A stretch of 63,920 nt of DNA, filler included, from Acidimicrobiia bacterium (GTDB lineage Bacteria; Actinomycetota; Acidimicrobiia; Spongiisociales; CAZKJJ01): NCBI GenBank assembly GCA_046759765.1. It is 6 parts of 6 records of this genome, joined end to end, with 100 filler letters (N's around TTAATTAATTAA, not from the genome) between each part and the next. Parts side by side here need not be neighbours in the genome. Positions count along the whole stretch, not along the records: positions 54,414 to 63,920 come from JBHICV010000094.1; 5 more parts are not named here. One strand, 5' to 3'. Below are positions 60,214-63,920 of the stretch, one piece after another (the first letter of the stretch is position 1; each line of letters starts with the position of its first letter). Made by a program: the position numbers and the translations under genes. The notes beneath the pieces are model-generated. The model worked only from the letters and a program-made list of their open reading frames with translations, was not told where the DNA came from and made no database searches.

Positions 60214-61092
60214 TCAGCTGGCGAGGGTCGCCGGCTCTCGTTCCTCCGCTGACTCGTCTACAGGGCCACTCCGCCGGCCGTAGACCAGGACCGCCACGAG
60301 CGCGGCGGCCACAGTGAGTGTGAGCGGAATCGGGTAAGAGCTGATGACCTGCGTTGCCCAAGCCGAGGCCGTTTCCACCAGCCGGGTTACCCCGAAGTTG
60401 TTCAGGTTCTCTGCACCGGAGAAGAGCACCACGCTCCAGTAGAAGACGACGAAGCCGCCTGCCAAGACGAGGATCGCTCCCGAGGCCCGATTGACGAACC
60501 GCGCTGATCCGCGAAGCCTGCGGACGAGCGAGTCCTTGCCGAGTGCGAGCGCCATTGTGATTCCCATGAGCACCACCGACATTCCGAGCCCATAAGAAAC
60601 GAAGGCGGCGAATCCTGCGATGAACGACTGTGTCGTGAACGCACCCACGACCACGCTCAGGAACACGGGCAGCGTGCAGGAGAGCGAGGCGACCGCGTAC
60701 GAGACTCCGAACAGGAACACCGACGAGAGGCTTTGATCCTTCGACACACGCTTGATCGTGGGAATTCGGAGGTTCACGTACTGTCCGCGTAGCAGCACCA
60801 GTCCGAGCCCGGCGACGCCGACGCCCACGAGTAGAGCCACCCAGGGAATTACAGACTGCACTGTGCGGACACCGACGACCAGCAACGCTCCGGCCAGCCC
60901 GAAGATGAGAAAGAAGCCGCCGGAAACAACGAGTCCCGTGGCCAAGCCCCGTATGGCCGGGCTCCTGGCCGAGTCTGCGTTTTCGTCCAGACCCATGAAG
61001 TAGCTCAGGTAAGCCGGAAGCATGGCGAAGCCACACGGGTTGACCGTGGACACGAGCCCGGCCGTGAACGCCAGACTCAGTGTGACGAGCAT
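60214..61092 (-). CDS. CcdA/DsbD-type cytochrome c biogenesis membrane protein
   Basis: NPCGFAMLPAY, SLSCTLP and multiple TM helices. Confidence 0.88.
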   Translation of the reverse strand: MLVTLSLAFTAGLVSTVNPCGFAMLPAYLSYFMGLDENADSARSPAIRGLATGLVVSGGFFLIFGLAGALLVVGVRTVQSVIPWVALLVGVGVAGLGLVLLRGQYVNLRIPTIKRVSKDQSLSSVFLFGVSYAVASLSCTLPVFLSVVVGAFTTQSFIAGFAAFVSYGLGMSVVLMGITMALALGKDSLVRRLRGSARFVNRASGAILVLAGGFVVFYWSVVLFSGAENLNNFGVTRLVETASAWATQVISSYPIPLTLTVAAALVAVLVYGRRSGPVDESAEEREPATLAS

Positions 61093-61186
61093 GGGGTTTC
61101 GTTCATCGATGGGTCTAACGCCCGCCGCCTTACCGTCGTCACCGCGACTGTCGGAGCGCCGACACTTCAGCAAGCGCCCGGCCGCT

Positions 61187-61876
61187 TCAGCGGGCGGCCG
61201 CGACCAACCCCTCCCGGTCGATGACCTTGACCATCCGGTAACCGGTCTCGACGACTCCCTCGGATCGAAGCTCCGAAAGTGCCTCGTTGACCGACTGGCG
61301 ACTCGCTCCGAGCAGTGTGGCGATGGTTGCCTGGGAGAGCTTCACCTCGCCCGAAGAGTCACTCTCTTCCGTCAGGAGGTCCGCTACCTGGGCCTTGACC
61401 GTCTTGTGCATCAGGTGGATGACCCGTCGCTGTGTCTCCTCCAGCTGCCTCAGGCCCGCTACCAACCAGCGCAGGCACAGAGCGGGGTGCTGGGCGAGTT
61501 CGGGCAGGAGGCGGTCCCGTTCGAACTGCAACGCGGTGACGTGGGATACCGCCCGCGCCGAGGAAATGTAGGGAGCGCCCGAGAACATGGCAATGTCTCC
61601 GATTACCGCTCCCTCGCCGACCCGGGTGACAACCCGCCGGTCACCCTTGTCGCCCCGGTAGATCTCGACCTCGCCTTCCCGGATCAGGAACGCCGAGGAG
61701 GCCACGTCGCCCTGGTGGAAGAGGTGGGTGCCGGGATAGCGCCTGACCAGGGAACCGGCCGCCGCCAGCGCTTCGAGGTCGTCGTGGGTCAGCGGAAGGT
61801 AGTCCGGGCGGCCAAACGACCTCGCCACCCAGGCGAGATGCTGCTGGTCGGCCAGATCGAAGGAATTGCCTGCCAT
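61187..61876 (-). CDS. Crp/Fnr family transcriptional regulator
   Basis: LFHQGD, cNMP beta-roll and HTH LSQATIATLLGASRQSVN. Confidence 0.9.
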   Translation of the reverse strand: MAGNSFDLADQQHLAWVARSFGRPDYLPLTHDDLEALAAAGSLVRRYPGTHLFHQGDVASSAFLIREGEVEIYRGDKGDRRVVTRVGEGAVIGDIAMFSGAPYISSARAVSHVTALQFERDRLLPELAQHPALCLRWLVAGLRQLEETQRRVIHLMHKTVKAQVADLLTEESDSSGEVKLSQATIATLLGASRQSVNEALSELRSEGVVETGYRMVKVIDREGLVAAAR

Positions 61877-61986
61877 CTGACCTTGGAAAACCTCGAATGG
61901 GCTGGCAGGATTCCCGCAGGCCCGCTTGGGTCCTTGCTCGGACCATGCGGCGGCCGCAGAATTCGCGCTTTCGGGGTAGGAGATCG

Positions 61987-63294
61987 ATGGCGAAGCGGGT
62001 GTTGATCCTGGGCGCAGCCGGACGCGACTTCCACGAGTTCAACATGGCTTACCGGGACGACCCCTCCTACGAGGTGATCGGCTTCACGGCCACCCAGATC
62101 CCCAATATCTCCGAGCGCCGTTACCCCCCCGAGCTGGCGGGTGATCTGTACCCGGCAGGCATACCGATCTTTCCGGAGTCCGAGCTCGAGTCCATCATCC
62201 GGGATCGGAGGGTCGACGAGGTGGTCTTTGCCTACTCCGACGTCTCCCATATATATGTGATGCATCTCGCCGCCCGCGCCCGAGCGGCGGGAGCGTCTTT
62301 CGTTCTGCCCGGCGACGTAAGCAGGCTCACCTCTCGTCTGCCCGTGGTGGCTGTGACCGCGGTCCGGACGGGCGCCGGAAAGAGCCCGCTGGCTCGACGC
62401 ATACGCGATCTCTTGGTCGAGGCCGGTCGGCGCGTCGGAGTGATGCGGCATCCGATGGCCTATGGAGATCTCAGCCGGCAACGGATGCAGCGATTCTCGA
62501 GCTACGAGGACCTCGACCTCCACAGTTGCACTATCGAAGAGAGGGAGGAGTACGAGCATCACATCGCCGCGGGGGCAGTGGTGTTTGCCGGCGTGGATTA
62601 CGTCGAGATTCTCCAGGCAGCCGAGAGCGAGTCGGATCTGATTCTGTGGGACGGCGGCAACAATGATCTCCCCTTCCTCATGACCACCATCCACTTCTGT
62701 GTGGTCGACCCGCACCGTCCCGGGCACGAGGTGCGGTACTGGCCGGGAGAGGCAAACCTGAGGGCCGCTGACATAGTCGTCGTCAACAAGGTGGGCACAG
62801 CTCGGCCTGAGGACATCGACACGGTTCTGGCCAACGTCGGAGATGCCAACCCGGAAGCCTTGATCATCAAGACCGAGTCTCCGATCCAGGTAGCCGATCC
62901 CGACCTCATCGCGGGGAAGCGGGTGCTGGTAGTAGAGGACGGCCCGACCGTAACGCACGGAGACATGGAGTACGGGGCGGGCGTCCTGGCCGCCAAGGAA
63001 TATGGAGCTACGGAGTTGATCGATCCGCGGCCATATGCGGTGGGCACTGTCGCCGATGCCTTTGCCGAGTACCCACACATCGGTCCGCTGCTCCCTGCGG
63101 TCGGTTATGACCGTGAGCAGATAGCCGAGCTGGCGGAAACGATCACCCGAGCCGAGCCCGACTCGGTGCTGGTGGGTACTCCGATCGACCTGTCACGGCT
63201 CCTGGACATAGACGTGCCTACGACCCGCGCGACCTACGGGATCAAAGTCGTCGACGGCCCCTCATGGGAGGAGATCCTGGCGCCGGTGCTGTGA
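61987..63294 (+). CDS. COG2403 P-loop protein (cyclic 2,3-diphosphoglycerate synthetase-like / ArcE arginine synthetase-like)
   Basis: GAAGRDFH, TATQIP, RTGAGKS, RHPM.YG, TIEEREEYE, WDGGNND and EDGPT.THG. Confidence 0.88.
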   Translation: MAKRVLILGAAGRDFHEFNMAYRDDPSYEVIGFTATQIPNISERRYPPELAGDLYPAGIPIFPESELESIIRDRRVDEVVFAYSDVSHIYVMHLAARARAAGASFVLPGDVSRLTSRLPVVAVTAVRTGAGKSPLARRIRDLLVEAGRRVGVMRHPMAYGDLSRQRMQRFSSYEDLDLHSCTIEEREEYEHHIAAGAVVFAGVDYVEILQAAESESDLILWDGGNNDLPFLMTTIHFCVVDPHRPGHEVRYWPGEANLRAADIVVVNKVGTARPEDIDTVLANVGDANPEALIIKTESPIQVADPDLIAGKRVLVVEDGPTVTHGDMEYGAGVLAAKEYGATELIDPRPYAVGTVADAFAEYPHIGPLLPAVGYDREQIAELAETITRAEPDSVLVGTPIDLSRLLDIDVPTTRATYGIKVVDGPSWEEILAPVL

Positions 63295-63347
63295 AGACAT
63301 TCTGTGACATTTCCGAGTCGCATAGACGAGTGGGCGTCACAAACGTG

Positions 63348-63920
63348 TCAACCCCGGCCGCCGGCCAGCTGGGCGGCGAACGGCGATCGCTTCAGCCGCA
63401 CCATCGCCCAGATTCCGAACACAGGTCCCAGGGCCAAAACCGTGAAGGCCCACTGCCACCCCCAGCTTTCGGCGATGAGCGCCACTCCTCTGATCGTCAC
63501 CAGCGTCAAGAGGAAGCCCGTTGCCGTCTGGAGGGCAAGGGCAGTCCCGCGGACCGCGTCGTCGGAGGTCTCAGTCACCATGGTGGAGAACTGAGCTGAG
63601 TCGGCCACCACCGAAAAACCCCAGACCAGGAAAAGCGGAGCGACGATCCACACCGAAGCCCCGAATACGAAAGGCGTGAGCAACGCGCATGTACCGGACA
63701 ATGCCAGTGACCCTCCGGCCACCAGGGTTCTGCCGTATCGATCCGCCCACTTTCCCGCCAGCCAAGCTCCGACTCCCCCGGAGGCGATGACAAAGAAAGT
63801 GAGCACCGAGGTGTCCCCGTATGAGCTTCCCGCGGCGAGGGCGGACGCGGCAAGAAACGCCGCGGTCCAGGTCCACATCGCGTACAGCTCCCACATGTGG
63901 CCGAGGTATCCGTACGTCGA
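63348..63920 (-). CDS. MFS transporter (5' part outside window)
   Basis: GHMWELYAMW, ADRYGR and VADSAQFS. Confidence 0.88.
   Translation of the reverse strand, partial: STYGYLGHMWELYAMWTWTAAFLAASALAAGSSYGDTSVLTFFVIASGGVGAWLAGKWADRYGRTLVAGGSLALSGTCALLTPFVFGASVWIVAPLFLVWGFSVVADSAQFSTMVTETSDDAVRGTALALQTATGFLLTLVTIRGVALIAESWGWQWAFTVLALGPVFGIWAMVRLKRSPFAAQLAGGRG

Overview
The window is not one locus. It is six unrelated contigs of about 10-11 kb from a high-GC draft genome or MAG, joined by 100-nt spacers (N44-TTAATTAATTAA-N44) at 11066-11165, 22195-22294, 32964-33063, 43645-43744 and 54314-54413. The four complete contigs decrease in length, so adjacency across gaps is artificial. Gene content and synteny (tRNA-Leu-fhaA-fhaB-pstP-rodA-pbpA-pknB-crgA; Nif3-zinc ribbon; many leaderless genes) point to an actinobacterium, probably Acidimicrobiia (inference). 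Most genes are housekeeping: gltX, ilvE, serA, gatB, trkAH, nadD, icd-folD-purH-purN, xanthine dehydrogenase and four tRNAs. The most notable observations are: (1) a translationally coupled tandem GAPDH pair whose upstream copy is intact but lacks the catalytic Cys and substrate-phosphate residues (candidate pseudo-enzyme subunit); (2) a DnaA-box cluster between a sigma-70 gene and a divergent, possibly RemA-like gene; (3) a dispersed REP-like palindrome whose central loop is inverted between copies; (4) a tyrosine integrase at tRNA-Glu with arm-type repeats; (5) a COG2403/ArcE-like protein; (6) a frameshifted SRAP gene; and (7) several small ORFs missing from the ORF track. No CRISPR array or rRNA was seen.
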